Shown in pieces: positions 39,621 to 53,769 of a DNA stretch of 64,000 nt; the first letter of the stretch is position 1; the number at the start of each line of letters is the position of its first letter. This DNA is from Eledone cirrhosa (taxonomy: Eukaryota): the NCBI GenBank assembly GCA_964016885.1, contig OZ024753.1:7254001-7318000 (forward strand), in the 5' to 3' direction. The notes beneath the pieces are model-generated. The model was not told the origin of the DNA, did no database searches, and was given only the letters and a program-made list of their open reading frames with translations. Both the position numbers and the translations under genes were made by a program.

Positions 39621-40101
39621 TGATAACAGTTGGGATCTATGTGGGTTGGCTGAAATGTTCATAGGCTGAAAAAATTCAGCGGTTGATCAAGATACTCTCA
39701 TGGAATGACCACGAGGTTTATTTTTCAACATAGTCCCTAGGAAGCACAACGCAGTTATTAATAGGAAGAGTTGAAATTAATATAGGGGTGGGTGACAGCA
39801 ACACCTCTCTATTCACCTTCACCTTCCTTTTCAAGTTAGATTTGAAAATGTCGAAGAAGGCTTCGCTTTACGAAAACAGCCCGTCCTTCCCAACCAAAAG
39901 AAGGTGATGGAGAGATCTGCAAGATGGAATCCGTCAACAGTTGGAACCTTCCTACTAGTGATAACAGTTGTTAGACATAACACCACAAGGAAACATTGCA
40001 CGGACACTGAACGAGAGTGTGCAGAAGGGTTTTATTGCTGAGCGCACTTTCTCGAACATATCTGTTGGACAGCCCTTCCGCATCTGTAGAGTTTGTCTCG
40101 A

Positions 40102-41944
40102 ACAAGTTGCCAGAGTATATGGCCACAAGTTGCCAGAGTAGATGGCCACAAGTTGCCAGAGTAGATGGCCACAAGTTGCCAGAGTATATGGCCACAAGTT
40201 GCCAGAGTATATGGCCACAAGTTGCCAGAGTATATGGCCACGAGTTGCCAGAGTATATGGCCACGAGTTGCCAGAGTAGATGGCCACATGTTGCCAGAGT
40301 AGATGGCCACATGTTGCCAGAGTAGATGGCCACAAGTTGCCAGAGTATATGGCCACAAGTTGCCAGAGTAGATGGCCACATGTTGCCAGAGTAGATGGCC
40401 ACATGTTGCCAGAGTAGATGGCCACAAGTTGCCAGAGTAGATGGCTACAAGTTGCCAGAGTAGATGGCCACAAGTTGCCAGAGTAGATGGCCACATGTTG
40501 CCAGTGTAGATGGCCACAAGTTGCCAGAGTAGATGGCCACAAGTTGCCAGAGTAGATGGCCACAAGTTGTCAGAGTAGATGGCCACAAGTTGCCAGAGTA
40601 GATGGCCACAAGTTGCCAGAGTAGATGGCCACAAGTTGCCAGAGTAGATGGCCACAAGTTGCCAGAGTAGATGGCCACAAGTTGCCAGAGTAGATGGCCA
40701 CAAGTTGCCAGAGTAGATGGCCACAAGTTGCCAGAGTAGATGGCCACAAGTTGCCAGGGTATATGGCCACGAGTTGCCAGAGTAGATGGCCACAAGTTGC
40801 CAGAGTAGATGGCTACAAGTTGCCAGAGTAGATGGCCACAAGTTGCCAGAGTAGATGGCCACATGTTGCCAGAGTAGATGGCCACAAGTTGCCAGAGTAT
40901 ATGGCCACAAGTTGCCAGAGTAGATGGCTACAAGTTGCCAGAGTAGATGGCCACAAGTTGCCAGAGTAGATGGCCACATGTTGCCAGGGTATATGGCCAC
41001 AAGTTGCCAGAGTAGATGGCTACAAGTTGCCAGAGTAGATGGCCACAAGTTGCCAGAGTAGATGGCCACATGTTGCCAGAGTAGATGGCCACAAGTTGCC
41101 AGAGTAGATGGCCACAAGTTGTCAGAGTAGATGGCCACAAGTTGCCAGAGTAGATGGCCACAAGTTGCCAGAGTAGATGGCCACAAGTTGCCAGAGTAGA
41201 TGGCCACAAGTTGCCAGAGTAGATGGCCACAAGTTGCCAGAGTAGATGGCTACAAGTTGCCAGAGTAGATGGCCACAAGTTGCCAGAGTAGATGGCCACA
41301 AGTTGCCAGAGTAGATGGCCACAAGTTGCCAGAGTAGATGGCCACAAGTTGCCAGAGTAGATGGCCACAAGTTGCCAGAGTAGATGGCCACAAGTTGCCA
41401 GAGTAGATGGCCACAAGTTGCCAGGGTATATGGCCACGAGTTGCCAGAGTAGATGGCCACAAGTTGCCAGAGTAGATGGCTACAAGTTGCCAGAGTAGAT
41501 GGCCACAAGTTGCCAGAGTAGATGGCCACATGTTGCCAGAGTAGATGGCCACAAGTTGCCAGAGTAGATGGCCACAAGTTGCCAGAGTAGATGGCCACAA
41601 GTTGCCAGAGTAGATGGCTACAAGTTGCCAGAGTAGATGGCCACAAGTTGCCAGAGTAGATGGCCACATGTTGCCAGAGTAGATGGCCACAAGTTGCTAG
41701 AGTAGATGGCCACAAGTTGCCAGAGTAGATGGCCACATGTTGCCAGAGTAGATGGCCACAAGTTGCCAGAGTAGATGGCCACAAGTTGCCAGAGTAGATG
41801 GCCACAAGTTGTCAGAGTAGATGGCCACAAGTTGCCAGAGTAGATGGCCACAAGTTGCCAGAGTAGATGGCCACAAGTTGCCAGAGTAGATGGCCACAAG
41901 TTGCTAGAGTAGATGGCCACAAGTTGCCAGAGTAGATGGCCACT
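40102..41944. repeat. 23-bp minisatellite, about 80 copies
   Basis: Unit AAGTTGCCAGAGTAGATGGCCAC, highly homogeneous, with no spacers. Confidence 0.97.
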
Positions 41945-42161
41945 TGGAGAGGAACAAGAAACATTCCAGGCACAACTACATGGTCGGTCATCTTATAACA
42001 AAAAGTCCTTTCATAAACACACACTGATACGCAAACAGATACACATACAAAAAAAAAAGTATCGAGTGCTGACTTTGGTTCCCTCACCAGTTTTCTTCTG
42101 ATTTACTAAACGTGTGTGTGGTGTGTGGTGTGTGGGCGGTGGAGGGTGTGATTGTGGGGCG

Positions 42162-42252
<91 letters not shown>

Positions 42253-42375
42253 CGTGTGCGTGTGCGTGTGTGTGTGTGTGTGTGCGTGCGTGACCACAAT
42301 AATTATACATCGCACAATGCTTCGTTGCAGACTGCAGTTGCTACCTTGAAACCAAAATATATCTTAAATATATAT

Positions 42376-42420
<45 letters not shown>

Positions 42421-42422
<2 letters not shown>

Positions 42423-43050
42423 AGGGCGGGTAAAATTCCCGAGATCCATGGACGAGTTCTCTCCAGCGGTCTCTGTCCCTCATTATCGCTGCCATGTCCT
42501 GCGTCTCCAACAGACCAGTGTCTGTCCTTAGGGCATCAACATACGTTAACCTTGGTCTTCCTCTTCCAGTGTGTCCATGTAGGGGCTCCCACAGGAGCAC
42601 TGAGTGCAATGTCAACTCTGGATGTCGGTGAGCATGTCCAGCTAACCTCAGTCTCCTCTGTGTCACTTTTGAGGTGACTTTTGGGATGCTCCCATACAGC
42701 TCTGAGTTTTTCATCCTCAGTGTATACTGATTAATGTTCAGAGCCATCTTCGGCATTCTCGTGTAGCACCCATCCACCATCTGAGTGGGTTTCTTGGTCA
42801 GTGTCCAAGTCTCAGACCCATACAGCAGCACAGACTCCACTACATCAATGAAGAGGCGGATTTTCAGGTCTTCACGATGGTCCGACTTCCACACCGATCT
42901 CAATCTGTGGCTTTGCTCTTCCTCTCAACCACATCAACTTCCGTATTCCCAATCTTTGCTCCAAAATACAGGAAGTGCTCAACCAATTCTAGCGGCTTCC
43001 CGCCTACATTAGTGATCCCCTTTGGCTTCTCAACATTCTCTACCAGATAT
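42421..43050 (-). mobile_element. RTE-clade LINE 3' fragment (family 1)
   Basis: LLYGSETWTLT...LRLAGHAHRH...GRPRLTYVD. Ends CCGCCCTAG followed by (TA)n. Confidence 0.85.
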
Positions 43051-43140
43051 TTATATATATATAAACACACACGCATATATATATATATACATACACAACT
43101 ATATATAGAGATGACTATATACATAGATAGATAGATAGAT

Positions 43141-43241
<101 letters not shown>

Positions 43242-43520
43242 CATATGAGAGAGGGAGAAGGAGAGATAGATCGATAGATAGATAGATAGATAAATAAATA
43301 TAAATATTTCAAGAGATATTGCGAAAGCGGCATATAAAATGTGTATAAAAATAAGCGTAAAGATATTCATTCTAGGAATACAGTTCGTGAGAGACATGAT
43401 ACTATTTTAATATACCAAAGCAGTCACGATGTGCAATTACATATACACACGAAACAATGTGGATATTACCGAGGATATGTATCTTTAAGATAGTTCGCCA
43501 CATGCATATGCGTATGTGTA

Positions 43521-43779
43521 CAGGGCGGTCCAGAATCCATGACTCACTTAATTATTTATAGATCTATTCTATTAAATAAATAAACAAAATCTCTGAGGCA
43601 TATTTAGAAATAAAAATATAAATTAAGAAACCTGCTAAGCATATTAAGAAATAGAAGTATGAATTAAGAAACCTGCTAAGCATATTAAGAAATAAAATAA
43701 TAAATTAAAACAATACAATAACAATAAGCATGTTAAGAAATATAACTAACAAGCGAGTCATGAATTCTGGCCCACTCTG
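43521..43779. mobile_element. Tc1/mariner-type MITE
   Basis: About 29-bp TIRs CAGGGCGGTCCAGAATCCATGACTCACTT and AAGCGAGTCATGAATTCTGGCCCACTCTG, with TA on both flanks. Confidence 0.8.
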
Positions 43780-44109
43780 TATATGCGTGCATCCGCCTGA
43801 ATTTCGTGAATTTCTCTCTGATTTTTAATCTGCGTGAAATGTGTTGATTTATAATTAGATTCATACACATTTAAATATTTAGATATTAGATGATTATATA
43901 ACCCCGACGCTAGTACGCATGCAGATGCTCTATGTCTCCTGTTATCAAAGTTAAATATAACAGCCCGCCATCTATATACGTATATATAAAACTGAGGATG
44001 TCTGTCTGTGTGTGTGTGTGTGTGTGTGTATGTGTGTCTGGATCCAGGAATAACTTGAACCGTTAAGATCCTATTCCTGGGTATGTCAATGTTTATGAAA
44101 CACACTTTG

Positions 44110-44170
44110 TATTTTACCTGATGAAAGCGTACCAAAGTTTTGGTGCCCTTGAAATATATATAATAGAATA
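44110..44170 (+). ncRNA. Type I hammerhead ribozyme (family H1)
   Basis: TATTTTAC-CTGATGA-AAGCGTACCAA/TTGGTGCCCTT-GAAA-TATATA-TA-ATAGAATA. Confidence 0.65.
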
Positions 44171-44308
44171 GATATGGTTTTATAAATATAGTTTCCATTT
44201 ATTTAATATCATTGAATATTATACTCTAGAAAAAACTTGTCGAGTGCTTTGAATCAGTTATAATCGTTTATATTTGTGGAATTTACAACAAATTAAATAT
44301 CCCTTTTG

Positions 44309-44370
<62 letters not shown>

Positions 44371-44553
44371 TAACAGATTAAAGTTGAAGCAAAGAATCGC
44401 TGATTTCAGAAGATCCCGTTAAGGGTGAAAGCAGCGATTCTTTGCTTAAAGTTTAATCTGTTATTTTAATAAATATTTGCTCTACGGTTCTTATATATCT
44501 GATATATGTTTATCCTTATCGTGCCCTCTTTGGATGTTAGTCTTCAAAGTTAT

Positions 44554-44645
<92 letters not shown>

Positions 44646-44968
44646 CTTTCATGTCAAACATTTTTGTCGCACTCTCTGCGAACTGGTCCCTGGCGCATTT
44701 CCACTTCAGCACTATTGTAGTTTTCGTTATACATTGTTAGTGGCCTGCTATTGATGTCGAGAGATGTTTACGGTCCATGCGCCATGTTGGTTTCATTGTA
44801 AGATTTCTGTCAATTATTAAGGTGTAATGTAGTGCTGTTTCTCATTAAAAATAACCATGATTTATGTTCATACCAGAGCTCTAAGCATAATACTTTATAA
44901 GTGTCAGATATGACTACTAAATGAGAGAGTTCGAATGTAAGAGGTTGAGATTGATGGATAGGATAGGC

Positions 44969-45000
<32 letters not shown>

Positions 45001-45030
45001 AAGATACAAGATAGATAAATACATAGATAG

Positions 45031-45127
<97 letters not shown>

Positions 45128-46100
45128 ATAGTGTATATGACTGAGATATGTTATTACTTCCGCTAGGTTGATTTACATCTCAGTACATAGTCGTTAATAC
45201 TAGCCCAACCTATCTGGTGGCCAATTTACTTAGTTATATATTTTGGTTCTTGTTTACAAACATCATTTCGGGATACATCTTTACTCTCCCCTCCTATCCT
45301 TTCCACTTCTCTCGCCTCTCTTCTCATCTCCTCTCCTTTCCACTTCTCTTCTCCCCCTCTTCTCGTCTTTTCTTCTCTCCTCTCCTTTCCCTGTCTCATC
45401 TTCTCTCCTCTCCTCTCTAGTATCCTCCCCTCTCCCCTACTCACCTCTTCTCGTCTCTTCTTCTTCCTCTCCCTTCCCTCATCTTGTCTCCTCTCCCCTC
45501 CCCTCCTCTCTCCCCAACTCACATCTCCCTTCTCCTTTCCCTTCCCTCATCTTGTCTCCTCTCCCCTCCTCGTTTCTCTCTTCTCCTCTCTCCCCTCTCC
45601 CCTACTCACCTCTTCTCGTCTCTTCTTCTTCCTCTCCCTTCCCTCATTTTGTCTCCTCTCCCCTCCCCTCCTCTCTCCCCTACTCACATCTCCCGTCTCC
45701 TTTCCCTTCCCTCATCTTGTCTCCTCTCCCCTCCTCTCTTCTCTCTTCTCCTCTCTCCACTCTCCCCTACTCACCTCTTCTCCCTTCCCTCATCTTGTCT
45801 CCCCTCCTCTCCTGCCATCTCTGTCTCCACTCTCCCCTATTCACCTCTCGTCTCCTCTCCCTTCTCTCATCTTGTCTCCTCTCCCCTTCCCTCCGCTCTT
45901 CCCATCTCTTATATGTTATTGTTTGCTGTTCTACTTTTCATGGCAATCGCTGGGATTGTTGTTTGTTTTGCAGTTGATGTCTTCATTAACAACGTCAATA
46001 ACTTCATCACTTGACCTTGTCAGGAATGAAAGATCGATAATCATCATCATCATCATCATCATTAAATTATTATTAGTGTTATTATCATTATTATTACCAT

Positions 46101-47145
46101 TAGGGCGGTGGATTGGCAGTATCGGTAGAAGGTCGGACGCCATGATTTACTGCACAGAATTACGTCCCTTTACGGACTGAGTTCAAATCCCGCCGAGGTT
46201 AACTTTATCTTATCGACTCCGTAAGGATAAAAGGCAAAGTACCAGTAATGTACTGGGATAATTGCTGGCCTTGTGCCAAAAGTAGAAACAATTATTATTA
46301 TTATCATTGTAAAACCCCAATGTCCGTGAATTTGTACTGTCCCCTACATGTCGGACCTTGTGGCCAATAAATGAAATCATTATGTCAAACATTGATACCA
46401 CTAGAAAGAGAGAGAGAGATAGAGAGAGTGTATGTGTGTGTGGGAGAGAGGGTGTGAAGGAGAGAGTCAGAGAGAGAGAGAGAGAGATATAAGACAACAT
46501 AGAGAGAGGAAGAAGTTGTCAACATGTCAACAAGACACCATTCTAGCGAAGGAAAATATAAATATTTCGAAAAAATAAAAAAAAAAGAGAAACAATATCG
46601 TTATTAATTGTTTCTACTTTTGGCACAAGGCCAGCAATTACCCCAGTGTATTACTGGTATTTTATTTTATCGACCCTGTAAGGATGAAAGGCAAAGCTAA
46701 CCTCGGCGGGATTTGAACTCAGAATCGTTATTAATGATATTGTTTCAGTCTTAAAACAGTGAAATGGTTGACACAAGCAACACCAACAATAACAACAACA
46801 GCACTATTAATAACAACAACAACGAAAAAAGCAGCGATAAAGTTGAGAAAGACAATCTCAAAGACAATGACAACAATAACCACAACAACAATAACCAGAA
46901 CAACAATAACCACAACAATAGTATCAATGAAAACAACAATAATGATTTCTACTAAAGACACAAGGCTAGTAATTTTGGGGGAGGGGAAGTCGATTAAATC
47001 GACCCCAGTGCGTGACTGGTACTTTATTTTATCGATCCCAAAGTTAACTTCGACGGGATTTGAATTCAAATCATATAAAGGGCCGTAAATCTATGCTGCA
47101 AAGCATGGCGTCCGACTCTACCGATACTGCCAATCCATCGGCCCT
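46101..47145. mobile_element. SINE family 1 copies (46101-46300 +; 46605-46725 -; 46942-47145 -)
   Basis: Consensus match. Confidence 0.8.
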
Positions 47146-47179
47146 AACGAAAACAACAACAATAACAACAAAATCCACA

Positions 47180-48400
47180 CTGAACAATAGGACCCAGAAA
47201 ATTTCTTTCACCTGTGCTATCAAGTCATCGTTTAGAAAACTAAACTTTGCTGAGGATGAATTATAAAAAGCAAGGAGTCTTGTTGAAAGCAATGGCCATA
47301 TCGTCAGTCTCAAGACTCTTATGGAAATGATCCAACATACGGTACATCGAACTGTGACATACCATATTATTGGATTAAAAAGTAAAAAATTGAAAGAGCC
47401 ACAGAAGCTCAAATCCAAAAGTCTTTGGTGACAGTTTGGACCCAAAATATTTATATTCAAAGAGCTAGAAATTTCGGCACGGTGGAGGTGAGATTTAATA
47501 CAGAAGAAGAGGCAAAATCTCACTCCCTCAAGCCCCTACAAAGTGAGGAAATTCTGCTAATCCCATTCTACTGTGGAATGAGATTGGTAAAAATCAAATT
47601 AAACAATATACCACCGGAAATAGATATTTCTTGGCTATTGGCCGCCGTAACGGAAAACATTAAGGAGAACACAAAAATCCTTGATGTTTACCAAATAAGC
47701 AAGGACAATTGTCAGGGGTGGCAGTGGAAATTTTACTGCAAACCACTCAAAAAAGTGTAGTGCCATCCCTGAACATCTACACCTTTCAGGCGGTATGATA
47801 TTACCCATAGAAGTTGAAGGGAGAAAAGCTAGATGTCATATCTGCCTTTCCACAAAACACCTGAGAGCATTATGCCCTTCTCTAAAACCAAACATAAAGA
47901 AACCTCCGCTCCTACCAACACCAAAAACCACAACAACAACAACTAAAATTAGAAGACAAACAGCAAATGAAACAACACCAACACCAGTAGCAGCAGCACC
48001 AGCACCGCCAAGTCCAACAAAGAAAAAGATGACACCAACAACATCAACAGCACCAACACCCATTGAAGACATTCCAATCCCTGGCGATACACATGACACG
48101 TGGCAAATAGTAAGTGCTCCCAAATAAACAAATAAATAAAAGGGTGAATTCTCCGTCTTCGCCCTCAGAAAAAGAAGGCGAAAGAGCAAAAAAAAAAATC
48201 CAAAAAGCCGAAAGGCAACATCCCCCAAAACCACATCCCCATCACCAATACCACCACCACAAACACCCACACAGCCAACATTACAACAATCACCACACAC
48301 ACAAACAACATCTCAAGCAAAACCTAACCCGCACCCAGAACAACAAAAAAGATACAAACATGAGGCACTACACAGCAATTGACTCAAACAATACAAAACT
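47180..48400 (+). mobile_element. L1/Tx1-like ORF1 remnant
   Basis: RRM-like segment followed by a CCHC knuckle (CHICLSTKHLRALC) and a T/P-rich tail. Frameshifted. Confidence 0.6.
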
Positions 48401-48481
48401 TTTACATTACTGACAACACAACACCACAATCACACCAACGATTTTACAAAACCAGGAAAAATAGCATTACCCCAAAACATA

Positions 48482-48690
48482 CTTCCGTCAAATAGGACCG
48501 AGGAAACCAAGTTTCCATTGGTCTTTCCAATTTATAATACCATCTATCGATCGCAACTCCAGGTAGAAGGAGCAACGTGAAATAAAGTGTCTTGCTCAAG
48601 GACATAACGCATTGCCCGGTCCAGGAATCGCACTCACAACCTCACAATTGTGAACCCAATCCTCTAACCTCTCAGCCACGCGCCTTCACT
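48482..48690 (-). mobile_element. CORE-type SINE (family 2)
   Basis: Similar to 10785-10987. Confidence 0.75.
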
Positions 48691-48870
48691 GAATATACAC
48701 ACACATTTAAAAACCAAATTCCCAGATTCGATTGGAGACTTCAGGGGAACAATCTCCAAACGAATCTACAGACATTTCGGCTTTTGAGCCAACCCCAACT
48801 AAAAAAAAAAATGGAATTACTATCCTTCCCCCCCAAATTCTAAGGTAACTGGCCTCACTCAAAATCAATC

Positions 48871-49990
48871 ATGGCCTCACTTAAAATAGGCAGTATGAAT
48901 GCATGGGGAATGGGGTCGTCCTGGAAACAGGGGCACTTGCTCAATGACCTCAGGTCACTAGACATAGATGTGGTGGCCATTAGCGAGACCAGAGTTTCCG
49001 AGGCACGAACCTCCGCATCCATTTTCGGTGGCTACGAGGTGTTTGCATCTCCAAGCCGTCCAGAATCTGGAGGCGGTGTTCCCGTGTTGTTCCGGGCCCT
49101 GAGGGTAAATTGGTGGTGCTGGACCTGACCAGCGGCAAAGGGCATGCCTTCAGGTTAGTGGCTGTCTATGCTCCAACAAGGACAGGACGAACTGATTTCT
49201 TCCGACGTCTGGAAACCTTTCTGGGGACGTCTCGCTCTTTAGTCTTATTATTAAAAGATCTGGTCTGGGATCTGTATGGACGTCCTTCTTCCCACCAAGC
49301 AGCTGGAATGTCGTCAAGCACTCACAGCCCTCTACCAATTCGTCACTGTGATCGCTGAAAAATCCACTTTGATGATCCATAAAGGATTAATGACGGGAAA
49401 AAGTGGCGACTTTCTTTTAGAGATTATGGGTGTCAAATGCGATCAACTAGCTACTCCTTTCTGGAGAGCTTTTATCCCGGGGCCAAATGATAACTACCAG
49501 AAATTCCTGACCTTGCATGCTACGGAGTTTCATAACCGGTTTGAGATAAACTCGAGAGATTCGGAAGTTCCGCCAGCCGAACTTGTCAGAGATGTGCTCA
49601 GGTCAACGAAACCGTCCCGTAAGATCTCATCCAGTGCTCAAGCATTGTTGACATGTGGATTTATGTAGAACAGCTGTTCTCGAATGTGGGACGGATCCTG
49701 CTACCAGTTGAGTTCACCTTGAAAATCACCCCGCCGTCATCCATTAGCCGAGAAGGGCAGGAAGATTCTATCTGCCATGCTTCCATGGCTAAAAATTGTT
49801 GAATGGTGGGCGTGACTGAAAGGCCTGAAGACACTTTCCTTTCAGGTTAATCCTTCGTTAAATTTTTCAGGTTTCATTTGATGCAGAATGTCAGGTAGAG
49901 AAGGAAGTACTGGATAGAGAGGTACGGACATGTCAGGTAGAGAGGGACGGACATGGTCCGAGTGAACTCGCCTGCTCTGAGGACTGGGGC
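48871..49990 (+). mobile_element. L1/Tx1-like ORF2 remnant (APE endonuclease plus an internally deleted C-terminus)
   Basis: SLKIGSMNAWG, DVVAISET, GGGV and FRLVAVYAP endonuclease motifs. The distal part resembles 53780-54100. Confidence 0.7.
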
Positions 49991-50004
49991 ATGGATTGTG
50001 CCCT

Positions 50005-50455
50005 AGAGTTAAGAGTAAGCATGGTTTTTCTGTTATTTTTCCATGAGTAAGCCTTGAAGGTCGCCCTGGGGAGTGGGAGAAGGTACTTGACCTAGTGGTA
50101 AGGGTAAGCGTGTCTTTTCTGTTATTTTTCCACGAGTACGCCTTGGAGGTTTACTCAGACTGGGAGAAGGCCTTGGCGGTAGTGACAAGCATGGCTTTTC
50201 TATAGTTTTTCCACGATTAAGCCTTGTAGGTCTGCCCTGGGGACTGGGGAAAGGTACTTGACCTAGTGGTAAGGGCAAGTGTAGCTTTTCTATAGTTTTT
50301 CACGAGTAAGCCTTGGAGGTCTTCCCAGGAGACTTGGGAAAGGCACTTGACCTAGAGGTAAGGGTAAGTGAAGCTTTCCTGTGTGTTTTTTTCACGGGTA
50401 AGCGTTGGAGGTCTGCCCAAGGGACTGGGAAAATTTACTTGACTTACTGGTAATT
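50005..50455. repeat. Diverged tandem repeat of about 80-90 bp, about 5 copies
   Basis: Recurrent TTTTCCACGAGTAAGCCTTGGAGGT...GACTGGG.AAGGTACTTGACCTAGTGGTAAGGG. Confidence 0.75.
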
Positions 50456-51217
50456 ACGAATAACACTTATAAGTCTCGTCTCTAATGAGTGATTTTCTTT
50501 GTTATAATTTTAATTGTGGTTGTTGTTGTTGTTATTGTTATTGTTGTTGTTGTTGTTGTTGTTAATATGTATTAAACAGTTTAATTTTACTTTACATTTC
50601 ATATTTCATTTTTCTTTTGTTTTTGTTTTTGTTTTTTCTTTTAGAAATTTAAATTATGATGAATGAACCATTTCACTTGACTTCATTAAAATTCTCCCTT
50701 CCAATTGTTGGTTTGTTGGTGGTTTTGTTGTTCTTGTTACTGTTGCTGATGATTTGATGGCGGTGATGGTTGTGGTGGTGACGATGGTTGTAGGGGCGCC
50801 GGCGGCGACGGCGGTGGCGGTGGTGGTGTTTTTTGTGGTGGTGACCATGGTTATAGGGGAGGGGTGGCGGCTACGACGGCGGTGGTGGTGTTTGTGGTGG
50901 TAGTGACCATGGTTATAGGGGCAGCGGCGACGGCGACGGCGGTGGTGGTGGTGGTGTGGTGTTGCTGGTGCCGATGGCTGGTAGCGGCGGCGGCGACGAC
51001 GGCGGCAGTGGTGGTGGTGTGTGCTGGTGACGATGGTGGTGGTGATGCTGGTGGTACCGTCGACGACGGCGGTGGTGGTGGCGGTGGTGGTGGTGGTGGT
51101 GGTATTGCTGCTGGCTCAAGAAATATTTTAGGGCGGGGGTGTGAGGGTGGAGGTTATATTATGGTGGCTGAGGTATTAGTAGTGGGGACGATGGTAATGG
51201 CGAGGTTAGTATTTGTG

Positions 51218-52712
51218 ATAATTGTTTCTACTTTTGGCACAAGGCCAGCAAACACACCAGTGCATTACTGGTACTTTATTTTATCGACCCCGTAAGGATG
51301 AAAGGCAAAGTTAACCTCGGCGGGATTTGAACTCTGAACATAAAGGGACGTAACTATATGCTGCAAAGCATGGTGTCCAACCCTTTGCAGAAATTTATTA
51401 TATGTCAATAATAATTGTTTCTACTTTAGGCACAAGGCCAGCAAACACCCAGTGTATTACTGGTACTTTATTTTATCGACCCCGTAAGGATGAAAGGTAA
51501 AGTTGACCTCGGCGGAATGAATAAACATGTAGGGGACAATACAAAGACAGGGACAGTGTGTGTGTGGGGGGGGGGGGCGGTTTACAATAAGATTGAGTAG
51601 AAAGTAAAAAGAAAAGAGTAAAAAGTAACAATAATAATAATTGTTTCTACTTTAGGCACAAGGCCAGCAAATACCCAGTGTATTACTGGTACTTTATTTT
51701 ATCGACCACGTAAGGATGAAAGGCAAAGTTAACCTCGGCGGGATTTGAACTCAGAATGGCAAGGGCCGTAACTCTATGCGTCAAAGCATGGCGTCCGAGT
51801 CTCTACCGATACTGCAATGGCGATGGTAGTGTTTGTTTTGAGAGTGTGGAGAAGGGGACGGACGACGGAGGTCGGAAATGGATTCACTTTATTTTTTTAC
51901 ACTTTTTAAACAGTATTTTGGGTTTATTCATTTACAATCTATTTTCGTGTATAAACTCATTAAGAGACATTATGATTATTATTGTTATTGTTGTTGAGGT
52001 TGTTGTTGTTATGTATTTATTCATTAATCTTAGTCGTTGGTTTTTTTTTATTACAGATAAATCGTTAACATTAAAATAAAATACTATTATCAAACCCACA
52101 TTTTTATTAACAAAGTTATTCTGCGGTGGATTGGAAGTATCAGTGGAGGGCCACACGCCATGCTTTACAGCATAGAGTTACGTCTCTTTACGGGATGAGT
52201 TCAAATCTCGCCGAGATTTGCCCTTTATCCTTACGGGGTCGATAAAATAAAGTACCAGTAATACACTGGGAAATTGCTGGCCTTGTGCCTAAAGTAGAAA
52301 CAATTTATTATTGATATATAATAAATTTCTGCAAAGGGTTGGACACCATGCTTTGCAGCATAGAGTTACGTCCCTTTATGTTCAGAGTTCAAATCCCGCC
52401 GAGGTTAACTTTGCCTTTCATCCTTACGGGGTCGATAAAATAAAGTACCAGTAATACACTGGGAAATTGCTGACCTTCTGCCAACAGTAGAAACAATTAT
52501 TATTATCGTTACAATGTCGGCCCTCGTGGCCAATGAATGAAATCAGTATTGTCATTATTACATCATTATTTTTTGGGGTCGATAAAATAAAGTACCAGTA
52601 ATACACTGGCGCATTGCTGGCCTTGTGCCAAAGTTAGAAACAATTATTTTTTATACATTATCATTACTATTATCAGTATCACGATCAACATTATCCTCAC
52701 CACCACCACCAC

Positions 52713-52757
<45 letters not shown>

Positions 52758-53222
52758 GGAAAACTGGGAGAGGGCACTTGCGCTTGTGGTCAGGGTCACC
52801 GTGGCTTTTTTAATGAGCTTTCTCCACGAATGTCCCTCGGAAGTCACCCCCCCCCCCCCCCCTAATGGGGAATTTTTCATTGTTTATTTCTTTGTTACAT
52901 CCTCTGTTTTTTTTGGTTTTTTGTTTTTTTTTTACCCGCAGAAATGCCCATTTGTACCGTCCTGTACCGCCCTGTACCGTCCTGTACTGTCCTTAATGTT
53001 ATACTTTATGTCAACCCTTGTGGTTAATAAAGAAAGCATCGCAGTATTGGTAGAGGGTCGGACGCCATGCTTTGACGCATAGAGTTACGGCCCTTGCCAT
53101 TCTCAGTTCAAATCCCGTCGAGGTTAACTTTGCCTTTCATCCTTACGGGGTCGATAAAATAAAGTACCAGTAATGCACTGGTCAATTGCTGGCCTTGTGC
53201 CAAAAGTAGAAACAATTATTAT
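51218..53222. mobile_element. SINE family 1 cluster (three minus copies, then four plus copies)
   Basis: Consensus match. Confidence 0.8.
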
Positions 53223-53498
53223 TATTAGTAGTAGTAGTAGTAGCAATAGTAGTAGTGGAGGGAGGGGGGGGAAGTAGAATTGTGTTATTGGTTATTTAAA
53301 ATTGTTGTTATTTGTATTAGTTTATTATTGTAAATATAGTTAGTTATCATTTTGCTGACACATCTTGTGTGTGTATATATATATATGTATATACATACAT
53401 ATATATACATACATATACATATATATACATACATATACAAATATATACATACATATACAAATATATACATACATATACATATACATACATATACATAT

Positions 53499-53532
<34 letters not shown>

Positions 53533-53649
53533 ATACATATATATACATATATATATACATACATGTATATATATGAGTGTGTGTGTGTGTGTCTGCGTGT
53601 GTGTATCTATCTATCTATCTATATATCCCTATATATCTATCTATCTATA

Positions 53650-53698
<49 letters not shown>

Positions 53699-53769
53699 GT
53701 CTGTGTGTGTTTATATTACTACATTTCTTCTAGAATTTTCTCATTATATTTGCGTTTCTACTTTACGTT

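Noticed and set aside
40102-41944. CRISPR-like array or repetitive protein ORFs (391 aa and others)
   Set aside because: Contiguous 23-bp units with no unique spacers and no cas genes, in a eukaryotic context. The ORFs are artefacts of a stop-poor repeat.
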